Below are positions 11,463 to 23,971 of a stretch of 64,000 nucleotides of DNA, piece after piece (position 1 is the first letter of the stretch; each line of letters opens with the position of its first letter). The translations under genes were made by a program, and so were the position numbers. Source of the stretch: Podarcis pityusensis (Eukaryota); NCBI GenBank assembly GCA_964106645.2, contig OZ067042.1, one strand, 5' to 3'. The notes beneath the pieces are model-generated. The model saw nothing but the letters and a program-made list of their open reading frames with translations, had not been told where the DNA came from and did no database searches.

Positions 11463-14400
11463 GGAAAATACAGCTCTGTTGCAGGTTCAATGGTTTACAT
11501 GCCCTGCCCTTCCTCTTTTAGGCCTGTTTAGCAACCCTGCCTATCTGTGCTTTCTTCAAAAAGCAGGCAAGAAATAACAGAAAAATACTTCAGAATTTGT
11601 CCAGCAGGGTTGGACAGAATGAGGGGACTGCCTCAGGCAACTAACACTGCAGGACAGCAGCAGTCCCTTGGCTCATCCTTCTTGAGTCCTGAGCCTTGTG
11701 TACTAGAGGGGCATGCTACACTTCCTGAACAAACCTGCCTCCCTCAAGTGCTAGGGCCATTGCTAGGACCAGTTTGCATGCAATGCACAATTGAGCAAAT
11801 GTTCAAGTTCCTAGAGAGATGATTGTAGTCACCATGGACCTGCTACTGCCAAGCTGCCTGGACCTAAGCCATGGTTTGGCCTACTGTTGCATCCCAGCTG
11901 AGGCTTGCGGTTTGTCTCCCCCAGGTAAACCGCAAACAGCAAATCAAGAACAATACTTGGTTACAGCTCATTGTTTGCCTGAGGGGATAAACTTAAGAAA
12001 ACCTTGTGATTCACCTGTGTATTGAGCATACTCTCTCACTTTGTCTATTCAGTATTCCTAAAGGTTGCATAAGGACTTGGGTTTGGGACATCATTCTGAA
12101 TACTAGAAACCCTAAGCCTTGGTTTCCAAGTAAATACATTTAGGAATTGGGACTCGGGGAGAATATAGAAAATGCATGGTAAGCAGTAACTCTAGCCATA
12201 ATTAACTCAGCAGGACAGCATCACACATTTACTGTTTTAATTGGTCCTACTGAGTTTACTGGGATGACTCTGAAGTAAATTTCCTAAGCGGTGTAGTTTT
12301 AATTTTAACATCCTGGTAAATAAAAGGAAATCCTTGTTTCAGATGTTGATTAAGTCCTTTGAAGACAATTGCATTCTGTGAAACATTCGGATATTCCACA
12401 AAGGATTGGCAGCTGGTTATCTGGGTGGGATGATAGGCAATTTAAAGCCAGAGGCTCCTGAGGAATTGATTCCTGCTGTATTTTTAACTGAAATGTAAAT
12501 TGCAAGGTACTAGTTACATAATAATCAGCAGCATAACTTTTGCACCAAAAGGTCTTTCCTTTGCCTAAAGTGGAAAAGCTTAATGAAAGCTGCTTTGCTA
12601 GGGAGCCTAAAGGAAGGATATGGTTTCTCAGAACTGTGAGGTTACCATTTGTTTACTAATGGGGGGAAAGGCCATCTGTTAGAAAGACATATTTAACAGT
12701 ATAGTTTGAGACAACTACATAATAGGATTAGACAACGGAGGTAAACCGGCTTTGTAAAAAATTAACGCGTTCAAGGCCCTTCCGTATTCTGGAATGTGTA
12801 CGTTCTGGAATTCCGTATTCTGGAATGTGTAAGATATTTTGGTATATGCTGAAAACATGTACTGCTAGTGTTTCTTAGAATTAAAAGAAAGCTGACAGTA
12901 GCTCCTGCTTTTTCTCCTTTTTATTATTTGGACAAAAAGTGAAGACTGCCATGTTGGCCCATAAAGAACATTTGCAAAATATATTTATTAGGCTAATAGT
13001 GAGCAATCTTTAGAGTCCTCTAGAATTATTCATGGTAGGAGGAGAATGAATACACCTCATCTCCAGTTAGAGTGCCCTAAAGGTAAGTCGTAGTTAGAAA
13101 TAAGTACCTGGAACAGAATACTCTCTGTATTTTCAGTACAGAAATAGCAAAATATAATGGGTTTTTTAAAAAAAAGAAATAATTGAGGTCTGTGCTTTCT
13201 ATACACCATCTCAATCAATACTTCAAGGGCACCAACATTATACCATTATAAACAGCCAGGATCTCCCACCTGGAGCTCTTTCTGCCTCTCTGGTCTATCT
13301 AAAATATGATACCTGTTTGCTTGTGTGTGTTTTATAAAAGTTTATCCAGGATCTCCTGCACTAGGATCTCCTTGTGACCCATTCTCCATTTCAGAATGGC
13401 AATTGGACCATTTGCTACCTTCCTTTTCTCCTTCTAGTGATACTAGTTCTTTTTAGCATAGATGATGACCATAATGATACATTAGCCCACAAACCAATAA
13501 TTAAGCTTCCTGGCTGCCATTTTTAACCTTCAAATATCTCAAGTTAAGAAACAAGTCATGGCAAAACCTGGCATCATAAAGTCATATTAAACTAATAGCT
13601 CTGGGGAATAATCCTGAGTCACAAGAGGTAATTATGAACAGTAGTCAAGGCATAAGAGCCTCTGGCATTCCGAAATTGCACAAATGTGATGTTAAACCAC
13701 TTTGGGTTCCCCAGGAGATGAAGTGTCAGGGTCAGTATGAACATGCAGTAGAATAAGAAGTGCTTGAGTGGAGTGTACCACTGCAGAGGCCAGGGGTGTG
13801 GTGCCATTTTAAACGCTTCTGCATGTAAAAACAACCTTTAAAAACTCTCTGCAAATAAATAAAACCTAGTTCATTAGGGAAGTGTAGCTCTTTATCACTC
13901 AGGAACCTAGTCCCAATTCCATGGCACATGTAGATCAGGCTTTGGTCTGCAAATGGACTCAGGTGTGACAGAGTCACTGTACTTTCCGTAAGGGCATTCA
14001 CGCCTGCCATTATGGTCCTATCACCTTCTTCCAATTATGCCTTAATACAGTCCTGCCCTATGACATTTGCCTTTGATTTACAGCAGTTGAATGTAACATT
14101 AGACTCTTGTCACTTAGGACGGATTACTTGTATCCAAAGAAAGGCAAACTAGGGGCCTCTCCAGACATCTTTTCAAAAATGTATTTGTTATTAATTGGGC
14201 TTGTGATGTTATACATTATCTTGCTTTCAATACTCTTTGCACCTGCAAACGTTTAAGGGTCAACAGAGTGCTTCATTTCCAGTCAGTGTATGTCCCATAA
14301 CTTGCTGCTGACATCCTGTACCCTTTTATACCATAAATGGTTTTTTTCTGGGTTGTTGTTTTTTGTCCCACTTTCGTTGCACTATAGTGCAAAGATGCCC

Positions 14401-17400
14401 CTGCAGACAAATCACAGAACAACTAATAAAGCGGAATGATGTGTGGATGGTACAGTATAAATCCACCACTTGTTGGCATCCATCTGTCTTGGGAGAAAAA
14501 GAAAGAGTGCGCCTTTGGGGTCAAGTTAAACCGTTGGATGTTGCCAGCCTTCATGTTTGCAGACATCTTTGTAGTGCGGAGTTGGTCTGCCAATGGACCT
14601 GATGCCTGAAGCCAGCTCCCCATAGAGCATGTCCTTGGGGATCCACCGCTAATGCACTATTATTGCTTCAATTACATGTTGCGGAATACACCCCATTAAA
14701 AAAACAATAGTTTGGAAGGGCCCTGGGAAAGTCAAGGAGGTTGGTCCTGGTCTGTATGTTATTTCTGAGCCTGTCCTTGCAATTCAGGTCATATGAAATG
14801 CACCTCCCCAGCCCCATTGTCCTTGCTGCCCCCTTTCACCTCTTTCAACAAGAACCTTTGTTATTATAACACCAGATAAAGCCTTCTAGTCTTCATTGCA
14901 CCTGAAACTCAGCACTGGCGGCATCTGACTCACCTTGCCTCAGGGTAAGGCTGGCCTAGTAAAAATGCTCCCATCCTTTCCCATGAGATAAATGGTGCTT
15001 AGCTTCAAAACCAGACAACTCAATCATTCCAGGAAGTGACTAGGAGCCTGCCAGATAAGTGTTGATAGGGAGAGCGCCAAGGGACAAAAGGAGGAAGTTG
15101 GACCAGGCAGTGTTGGATGGAGGACTTAAATGGGACTAATGTTGAAAAGGGACCAGGAAATACAAGTGACGCTGGGCTGGGATTCTGGTGAGGATTTCTT
15201 GAGTCAGGTAGATTTATTTGGTTTGTTTTTAGAGGTGGTCTTAGCTATTTTTCTGGGCCCAAGGCTTCATCCTGGATGGAATATTTTGACATAGTTATCG
15301 GCACAGCTGTGCAGATATGATGAACATGTGGTGCCACATCATGCGTGGGGAATGTTTTTCAGCTAGAGAGCCACTTGCCCTTCGAGGAAAGCTTCTGAGG
15401 GCCAGATGCCAGTGGTAGGCAGAGCATTGACTTAATTTTCCCTCGTGCAGTAGGCCAGTCTCAGCACATACAGATCCCGCACTGTCCTTCATTCAGACAA
15501 ACAAGAGACATGATAATAGTTCAAGGAAACATTTCGGTCAGGCAAAATACTGGGGGTGTGAAGCACAGCCTGTGAAGGGAGTGGCTTGGGAGAGTTCCCA
15601 GGGGACATTTGGCCCCTAGGTCTGAGGTTTCCCACCCATGTGCTACGTGGTTACAATAAAAATGACCCTTCCCCCAAATTGGACAACTTTTGCAATTGGT
15701 GTGCAAGTGTTGTGACGTCCATTTCTTTTGTGATAATAGCGTACCAGCCAAAAGAAGTTCATTTGAGAACCTGCTAAATAAAATCCATTATTTTGTATAA
15801 ATTGGGGAATGTAAGTTAGTAGAATAGGTGTGGTAATCTTACTCAAGCAAGACTAGAGAAGGGTGGGCAATGGTTCCACTCCCTGCTATCCTTTAGTGCT
15901 CCCTCTCCATTCATGAAGATACTTTCCTTTTCGATGAGGTTGTGTCTTTACTTTTTAAAAAAGGGAAGCCGAAATTTGTAGAATTCTCATGAGAGCCTTT
16001 CAGGCCCCAGCCAGATTGGGAGCATCACTCTCCGTTTTACAGAATCTGCTCTCCCATACCGGTTCTGAGCTGACGAAAGGGTGTTTTTTCTGGAATATTC
16101 CCAGAGATAAAGTTTTGGGCCTTGGCTTTTTCCTTAGACACAGTGCACTTCAGTCCAGCCAAAGTCAATAGCCTTCCGCAGTTCTTCAAATTGCAGCTGC
16201 ATATGGAGCTGCAGAATTTCTCACATAAACGTATAGCATGAAACTGAATTTATGTCGACATATCATTGAAAAAATAATGGATAAAAAATATTCTGTCACA
16301 GACTTCAACACAAACAAGACAAGTGGGAATAGCTTCTGGTTGACACATCTATTGTGAATGGTTTCTTTTCTCTCTCCCATCCTCCTTGCCCCCCCCTCCT
16401 TTTCCACTTCTGCTGATTTTTATGTGAGATGAGAAGTCAGCTTTGTAAACAAGAAAATTTCAACCCTTATTTTCCCAGGCGGCCTAACAAATTCCACTGC
16501 TGTCTGCTAGCATCACTATGCATTTTGTGGAAATAGGTCACATTCTGCATATCTCTAACTGAAGTTACTATTGTTTACTTTTTTCCTTTTTTTAAAAAAA
16601 GAGAAGTTGAGATAGTTGCTTCCCTACTTGGAAAAAAAACCACTGTAATTCAAATGACTTTTTTGAAAGGGTCTGATCTATGCACATGAGATCCTCTGGT
16701 AGAAGCAACTGAGAGAATATAAATAAAAGTTCAAAAGAAGAGGGAAACTTCCAGTGGGGATGAAACAGTTGAAATTCACTGGTTTGATAGGAAGATGGAT
16801 GACTAGAAATACTGTTCTCTGACACAATTAGAACTTTATGTAGGACTTAAAAAAAAATTGTATCTGACCTAACATCCTGCTGTGAGGGTATTTCAGTTCT
16901 GCAGGAGCAGAACAGACACATTGGCCCCAATCCAACATGGAGTTAAGCCTGCTTAAGCCTGTGGATTCAATGACCTTAAACCCGTTTAACTTAGCGTTGG
17001 TTTGTGACCCCTCTGTGCAAAAGAGCCTTAACGAATTCTAGATATCCACATGTTAACTACTGCTTTTCAAGCTGTGCCTTCAAAATTCATTTATTTCAGT
17101 CATTTATGCCCTCCCGTTCCATTAGAATGTTCACTGTGTGTTAAAGTTTTTAAAATTAAAATATATATACAGCATGACAATAATAGTAATAATGCAAGCC
17201 AACAACGGATAAAAGGAGGTAGCAAGCATCCTTGACATAAATGAGCTATCTAAAAACACAGCCACAAATTTAAAAAGTGCATACAGAGCAGATAACACAT
17301 TAAAAACATTGCAATAATTAAACTGAAAGCTGTGATCTAAGCACAGAAACCAGGCAACAATAAAAGCCTGTTTAGGTGTAAGGTTTTAGAGGTCGTGAAC

Positions 17401-18444
17401 TCTCCTTTCTTGGAAGTTTTAAAGCAAAGGTTTATCTGAATGAAGGTTGGAGATGGGTGCATATGCAGAAACCACTGACCTTTGCATGGCAGAAAATGTA
17501 CAAAGCAGAGAGTCCTATCTGTTACCCTTTTATTTCTGAGACTTGTCTGCTTTTTCCTCTGTCCCCTCCCACCACAGGCATGTGGCTCCCAAAAGGTTGC
17601 CCACAAGGGAATGTGGCCCTCACTCTGCAAAAAGGTTCTCCATCCCTGTTCTGATGTACATACTGCAGCACTTTGTGCATTTACATCAGACACTCCCCCA
17701 AAGGCTTCTGGGTTATCTAACTGAAGCCTGCCTGCTTGTCCTGCTCCCCACAAGGTGATAATTGGGACTAAGCACTTACCAGAATGCCACAGAGATTTCT
17801 CCTGGCAGGCACTTAACATTTAATTGGGGTATTAACACCACCAAAGAAGCAATTTCTAATAATGATTCATTCACTAGCTGTCTTGAAAACAGTTCAGGAT
17901 TATAAGCTTGCCTGCAGCTTTGGGTTCACAACAACTGGCCAATGCATGGCATCCCTTTAATCAAGGTCCACTGTATTTACCATGCCTGCCGGGATTCTAG
18001 GTTCCACAAAAAAAGGCTTCCACAATAAATGTTAACATTTTTAACACTAGCGGTCACAAGTTGCTCAGCTGTGTGTTCATTTTCTCAGTTATATTAAAAC
18101 TCCCAGGAAAAGAACTATATTTGTTTATTATAATTAGGGTTGTGTGTATGTATTTTATGATTTTTGTCAGTAACCTTAACCCAGCAAACGTAACCCAAGA
18201 GTTTTTGATTTGCTATGTATGCTGACTCCGTACCATTTTGTTATTTCTTAATAGTTTACACATCTCCTTTGGTCACCAAAATGCTTTTATGAATTCATAT
18301 CTTGTTCTTCCTTGTATTATGTCTGCAGCCATTTCTGGCATTTTGATTATGTTTACACTTGCAAGGTAGGCCACTTTGCAGTGCATTATGCCATAATTCA
18401 TAGAATCATATAGCAGGATGGGGCTCAAACTCATGCAGGAAACC

Positions 18445-18579
18445 TAGGGTTGCAAACAAAAAAAGAGGACACATTTGCCAACTTCTGCTTTTAACTATGG
18501 ATCGCTATGATGACTCTCATTTTACATACCCCGGAAAAAGAGGACGTGTCCTGGAAAAAAAGGACATATGACAGTCCTA
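18445..18579. mobile_element. hAT-like MITE (tagggttgc ends)
   Basis: Inverted relative at 20816-20943; shared aagaggac / gtcctctt subrepeats. Confidence 0.65.
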
Positions 18580-20815
18580 AGAAACATTGGGCTCATCTGG
18601 GATGTGACTGCAGGACCTCTTGCAGCTTAAAATCCTTGATACAAAATCGGAAGAATATGGCAGCATAGTGGCTGTTTAAAGCTGACATAGGCTCTTGACT
18701 TTGCTGGACTCCTGGGCCCTTAAAAATAAAAATCATAATCTGTAAATGATTTTTTTGAAAAAGGCACCCTCTTGAACAATTCATGACACTTTCCCTTTAT
18801 CCAAGCTACAGAACCCAATCTGGACATGCTCCCAAGGTCCTTCTACAAAAGACAGGACTGAAGTCTTATTTAGTTACAGCTTCAAACCAATAAAAGCACA
18901 AGCAAAGATAACAAACAAGTATATTGGTGTATATGTAAATAACATTTTTGTTTCAGATTTCTCCCCTTGCTTTGGAGGAAACAAATTTTTAAACAGATGT
19001 GGTAAAGGGGGGGGCACTTGAAGTCTTATGTTGTAGTTCCTAAAGGAAGTGGTCCCAAGGAGCCATATATATTTAACAGCAAATTAGTGCTGACATTTGA
19101 CTGTGTTTCAATCAGATCTAGTTTTTGGCACTGTTATCTGTATTTTTAACATGCTGTGAAGATTCACTTTACCAGCTGCCTTGCTGTGTTGGGGAACGTA
19201 GTGCATTCCTTCATCATTACTCAGGGGTCAGAAACTCAGAATTATTTTAGTATCAGGGAAACAGGAAATAAAATGAGGCTTTTAGAGTTTGAAGAGTTTT
19301 TTGTTTTGTTTTTTTGTTTAAATGGGATTAAAAGTCTGCTAGTAAGTTCAGATATTAAAGAATGCCAAGAGAGAAGGATTTGAAGCCCCATTGTGAGGGT
19401 TAATAGCAAATGAACAAACTGCTTCTTCGCATGGTGGCAAATGTTGTTCATAATGAATAGGAGAATTATCAAGTTTGCTATTTAAGGCTTCTCAAATATG
19501 AAGCAACTTTGGGGTTGAAACTTTCAAATTTGACGTTTATTCTGAAATTCAGTTGTTAAGTTTTGCAGATCAGTGACATGTTTTAGATGTGAGTTGTGAC
19601 ACTGCTAGTTTGGCATGGTGGCGCATGCCACCTTAAGCCACAATGGCATCAGGTGACCTGTTTTCATTTGCCCATGTGTTTGAAATCAAACCTGGTGAGC
19701 GAAGGCACAGCACTTTGCAAGTGCCGACAACCAAGCTGATTAGTACCAATGATAAAGTCTAATGCCTGTTCAAACATCCTGGTGACTGTATGTGGTTTGC
19801 AGGCACTACTAGTCACCTGATAGATGGTACCTGCAAAACCCACTGTTGGCCCAGCTGCATCTTTAGCTGCCTCTCAGATGAAAACAGATGGGGCAGGTGG
19901 GCTTCACTTGGCCAGAATAGTGTCACAGACAAAATGGGGAAGCCTAAACATGAGTTGAAGAACAGAAACTGAATATTTCACTTGAAAACAGGGATCCTAG
20001 CTCAGACATGGACTAACTTAAGGCATGTGGGATCTACTCTCTCTCCCAACCCCCAAATCCCAGTCCAGGCTGTGTGTGCAGAGCTAAGCCAGTTACAGAG
20101 CTAAGACAACATCCCTTGAGTTATTACCGGGAACGAACTGTATGTGCAAGTATAAACCTACATGTGAGTTAGCACAGAACAGAGATTCTAACAGCTGAAT
20201 TTAAGGAGAAACTTTTCGCTGCTGTTTTTATGGCAGCAAGAGTCAGAAACTCTTGCTGGTCTACTGAAAATCGGCCATCAGTCTACCAATAAATAGATCT
20301 ACTTCCTGCCCACACTTGTCCTAGATTCAGATACAAATTCCCTCTGAGCATATTGGCTGAGTTTGCCATTATGATCTGCAAGGGATTCATCAAGGCTTCA
20401 TTCTTCCCTCTTTAATTAGTGCTGCTGTTTGTGTTGCCAACACCTCTTGTGGTTCCAGTCTGCAGCCAGCCCTTCAACAACAGACACACAGGCTCAAAGC
20501 ACCATTATTGTTCATTTTTCCTGGGTATGTACATCCTAAGTACCTGTGAGATGTGCCTTTTGAGCCCACAAACCCTCATTGCAGGCTGCATATGCAGTTG
20601 CTGGTGTTTGCTGATGCTTACAAAGAAAAGGCCAGATGAGCAGCTTTTTCTGTGGCAATGTACTTTTAAAGTAGGGTGGTGAGCGCAGCTCTGTCCGCTT
20701 CCAGCCATCCATGTCTGTTGCACAGCATTCATCCTGGTCCTACTTCCTCCAGGGTGGGAAAGGCATAGTTTAATCATCAGAGCCACTTACTTGACGTTCA
20801 AAGAATTGACACATT

Positions 20816-20943
20816 AGGGTTGCCATATGTCCTCTTTTCCAGGACACATCCTCTTTTTTTCATGGGTAGAGCTGTCATAGTGATCCATAACTAAAGGTAG
20901 AAGTCTGCAAATGTGTCCTGCTTTTAAAAATATGGCAACCCTA
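20816..20943. mobile_element. hAT-like MITE (tagggttgccatat...atatggcaacccta)
   Basis: Perfect 14-bp TIRs. Confidence 0.75.
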
Positions 20944-23165
20944 TTTCTTGGGATGCTTTGGAGCCTCCAACATATCTATAATGTAGGGTGCAGAGCAAGG
21001 GAGAAAAATGAATATTTGGTCTGTGTAGTATGAATTTCAGGCACACGTGTGACTTTAGCTTTAAGAAACACTTGTTAACATTACTGTTTTGTTTAACGGC
21101 TTTGCATTATTTCCAGAATGGAACAATGATTCAGAGCCCTGTAAATTCTATCCATATTATGCCTGTCTCACTCCTCTTTGTTCTGCAGCTTCTACCTCTG
21201 CAGCATCAACAACCCTTGTTTTATTCTTCCAGAACAGACTGCACCAGCAATTGCTGCTGCAAGGGAGTTTTAAAAAATACATTAATGCAAGGCTTATCAA
21301 CCTGGCATCCACCAAGGCATTATTTCATGCCCTGAGCATGAACCTTGATCCTCTGATACCCAAGCACTCTTTTTCAAACAATTTCTGGCATTTTAAGAAC
21401 CAGAGATATGAGGCCAGATGTACAGACACAATTGTTCTCAATTTTTGTGAGAAATTTGCCCGCTGTGCCTCCCCTTAAACCCCCCCCCCAATTCCTGTAT
21501 AAAGAGAAAGATGTGTGTGAGAAAAGAGGTGAATGAATGTGGTCTGTAACAGGGAGATACACACTTGGGCAATGGAGATGTGCAGTGAGTGTGTGCATGA
21601 AGATAATATGGTGTGGCACCTTGTATATTTTTCCTGGAAGTGGGAAATGCTCCTTTTTTTCTATATAGCAACAGCATGTGTGTGTGTGATCAATATTGTG
21701 TAATCTCCACACTCAGGGAACAGCAGGACATAGTTGACTTCCGTGGTAAGCCAGAGGTTGTCTGAGGTGGGGTTGAGTAAGCAACAAGGGCTGTATCCTC
21801 TTTAATTTTGCATTATGCTATCCCCATGCTAGCTATGTTGTGTTTGTGCTTTCCCATGCTCCTTTCCATGGCAGCCATTTTGTGATTCACTGCACCTTCT
21901 CAAAATTCTAAATACGACTACTGATCTGAAAGGTTTGACGGCCACTGCATTAACACCTCTACTGTGACTTGCATTATGACTTGCTCATTCACATCCCTTG
22001 CTCTACTGTTAGGTTTCCAATGAAGCTACCTATCTACAAATTGCAGGTTTCATATTCTCTAGCTATTATGGAAGTCCTGTGGCAGTAGAAAGGGTTTTCT
22101 GCCTGTTGCAACCTGAGAACACGCACAGGAAATGTCCAATCACACACTAAAAGAGATGCTGGCTATTTTGTAGAAAGTGGGTCATCCACACTCACTTGAC
22201 ACACTTAATCCTTGCAAGCCACAGCAGTGTGAGCTCTGGGAAGGCAATCTTGTGGAGTAGGCATAGGCAAGCAGTATAATGCTGCTGTGTAATTAAATTT
22301 GGATCCCAGAAGTATGTATAGTAGCTTGAATTTTAAAAAATGGATCACTATTCTTCACCAATAACAGTATTTTTACTGGATAATGGTATTGATTTTAAAT
22401 GCAACACACCAGTTGGGGAAGGAGTGAAAAACAAAAAGGGAATGGAAAGGATTTCAAAAAGAAATGAGGATCTGGAGGGGTAGAAAACAGGCCAACCTCC
22501 ACCCCACCCCAAGTCATACACGCAAGGAGGCAGGCAGTTAAGCATTTGATTCTTTATTGCCCTTCAACATGAAGAATGTTACATGTAGTGTTGCTTGAAT
22601 GCTGAACTGTGTTCTCATTTATCCTTGACAGATGCCCATGAGGCAGGTGGTTGTAGCACCTTGGATGCTTCCAGTGAGCAACTTGCTTCATCAAAGCCTA
22701 AAGGTGAACTGGGGGCTTATGAGTTCCCTCCATCCATTCTGTCCCTCCCAGGCTCTACTCGCTGCCTGAAGCGTGTGAATTCTTAAAGGACCAATCTCTG
22801 GAATGATAGCTGGAGCTTCTCCCTCCTACAGCCTCTCGCCATTGGGCAGACACAGAGGAAAGAGGTATGTGGAATGTTCTCAAAGGGTTTTGGCTCAGCT
22901 TCAGTATCTGGAACTTGGTGGATGGTGGACAAGCCCTGCATATGGCAGGCTGATTCTCTTCTGACTCTAATGTCAAAGTTGAGGCCATGGCAGAATAGGA
23001 CTGGGAAGGCCCAGGTTCAAATCCCTAGTAGATGATGACACTGACTGGGTGACCTTTGGCTGGTTACTATACCAAAGCCTAACCAGCCTCAGTGTTGTTA
23101 TGAGACCAAAGTCCCCAGAGCTGTGGGGTGTGGGCAAACATTGCCCCTTGTTATAGTAGCAAGTA

Positions 23166-23407
23166 CAGTGGCACCTTGGGTTACATATGCTTCAGGTTAC
23201 ATATGCTTCAGGTTACAGACTCCGCTAACCCAGAAATAGTGCTTCAGGTTAAGAACTTTGCTTCAGGATGGGAACAGAAATCGTGCAGCGGCGGCGCAGC
23301 GGCAGCAGGAGGCCCCATTAGCTAAAGTGGTGCTTCAGGTTAAGAACAGTTTCAGGTTAAGAACAGACCTCCAGAACGAATTAAGTACTTAACCCGAGGT
23401 ACCACTG
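23166..23407 (+). mobile_element. Tc1/mariner (Tigger-like) MITE
   Basis: TA target duplication, TIRs cagtggcaccttgggtta / taacccgaggtaccactg, internal cttcaggtta subrepeats. Confidence 0.85.
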
Positions 23408-23965
23408 TATGTCCCTCTCATCAACTGATAACACAAAAGAGGGCCACTAAGTCTCAGCTGCCTCTACAATTGGCAAATAACAGGGCTGTAAAAAGTTGTT
23501 CCTCCTGCCACTGTAATGAGCTACCACAGAAGCAGAACAAGAATAATATTTTCCACGTATCCCATATCAGGAGAAGCCAATTCCCTCACATTGATTTATG
23601 GACACCATTTGACTGCCAAACTGGGGGCCCAGTGAGATCTGAATGATGGGCTTTCAGCTTTGGGACTCAGCCCCACATGTTCCAAAGCAATTTAACTCCT
23701 CTTTTCCTAAATGTGCCCTCTGAGTGACTTTCCCTAATGCTTGTAGCCATGAAGGGCCTCTCTTTACCAAGGACTGTCCCACTCCCAAAATGCCCTCTCT
23801 CTTCCTGTAAACATTTGATAAAAAGCAACCCTTTGTCCCAAAGTACATCATCTGCCATCAGTGCAAAATCTGTTTTATATCAAGGTTTTGAAAGGGTGAA
23901 CATGACACAACTAAATACATGAAACAAAAATATCCAAAGAGCACAATAAGAATAAAGTTCAAAAC

Positions 23966-23971
23966 TTTATT
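23966..23971 (-). terminator. ABLIM1 polyadenylation signal AATAAA
   Basis: tttatt on the plus strand. The minus strand continues into ttcttattgtgctctttggatattttttgtttcatgtatttagttgtgt (GU/U-rich). Confidence 0.7.

Noticed and set aside
12985-13045. Possible decayed Penelope hammerhead fragment
   Set aside because: The CUGANGA and GAAA boxes are not intact, and the similarity is too weak to call without an alignment.
23176-23362. Repeated cttcaggtta units resembling a CRISPR-like array
   Set aside because: Irregular internal subrepeats of a TA-flanked MITE with a second copy at 61680-61894; eukaryotic context.
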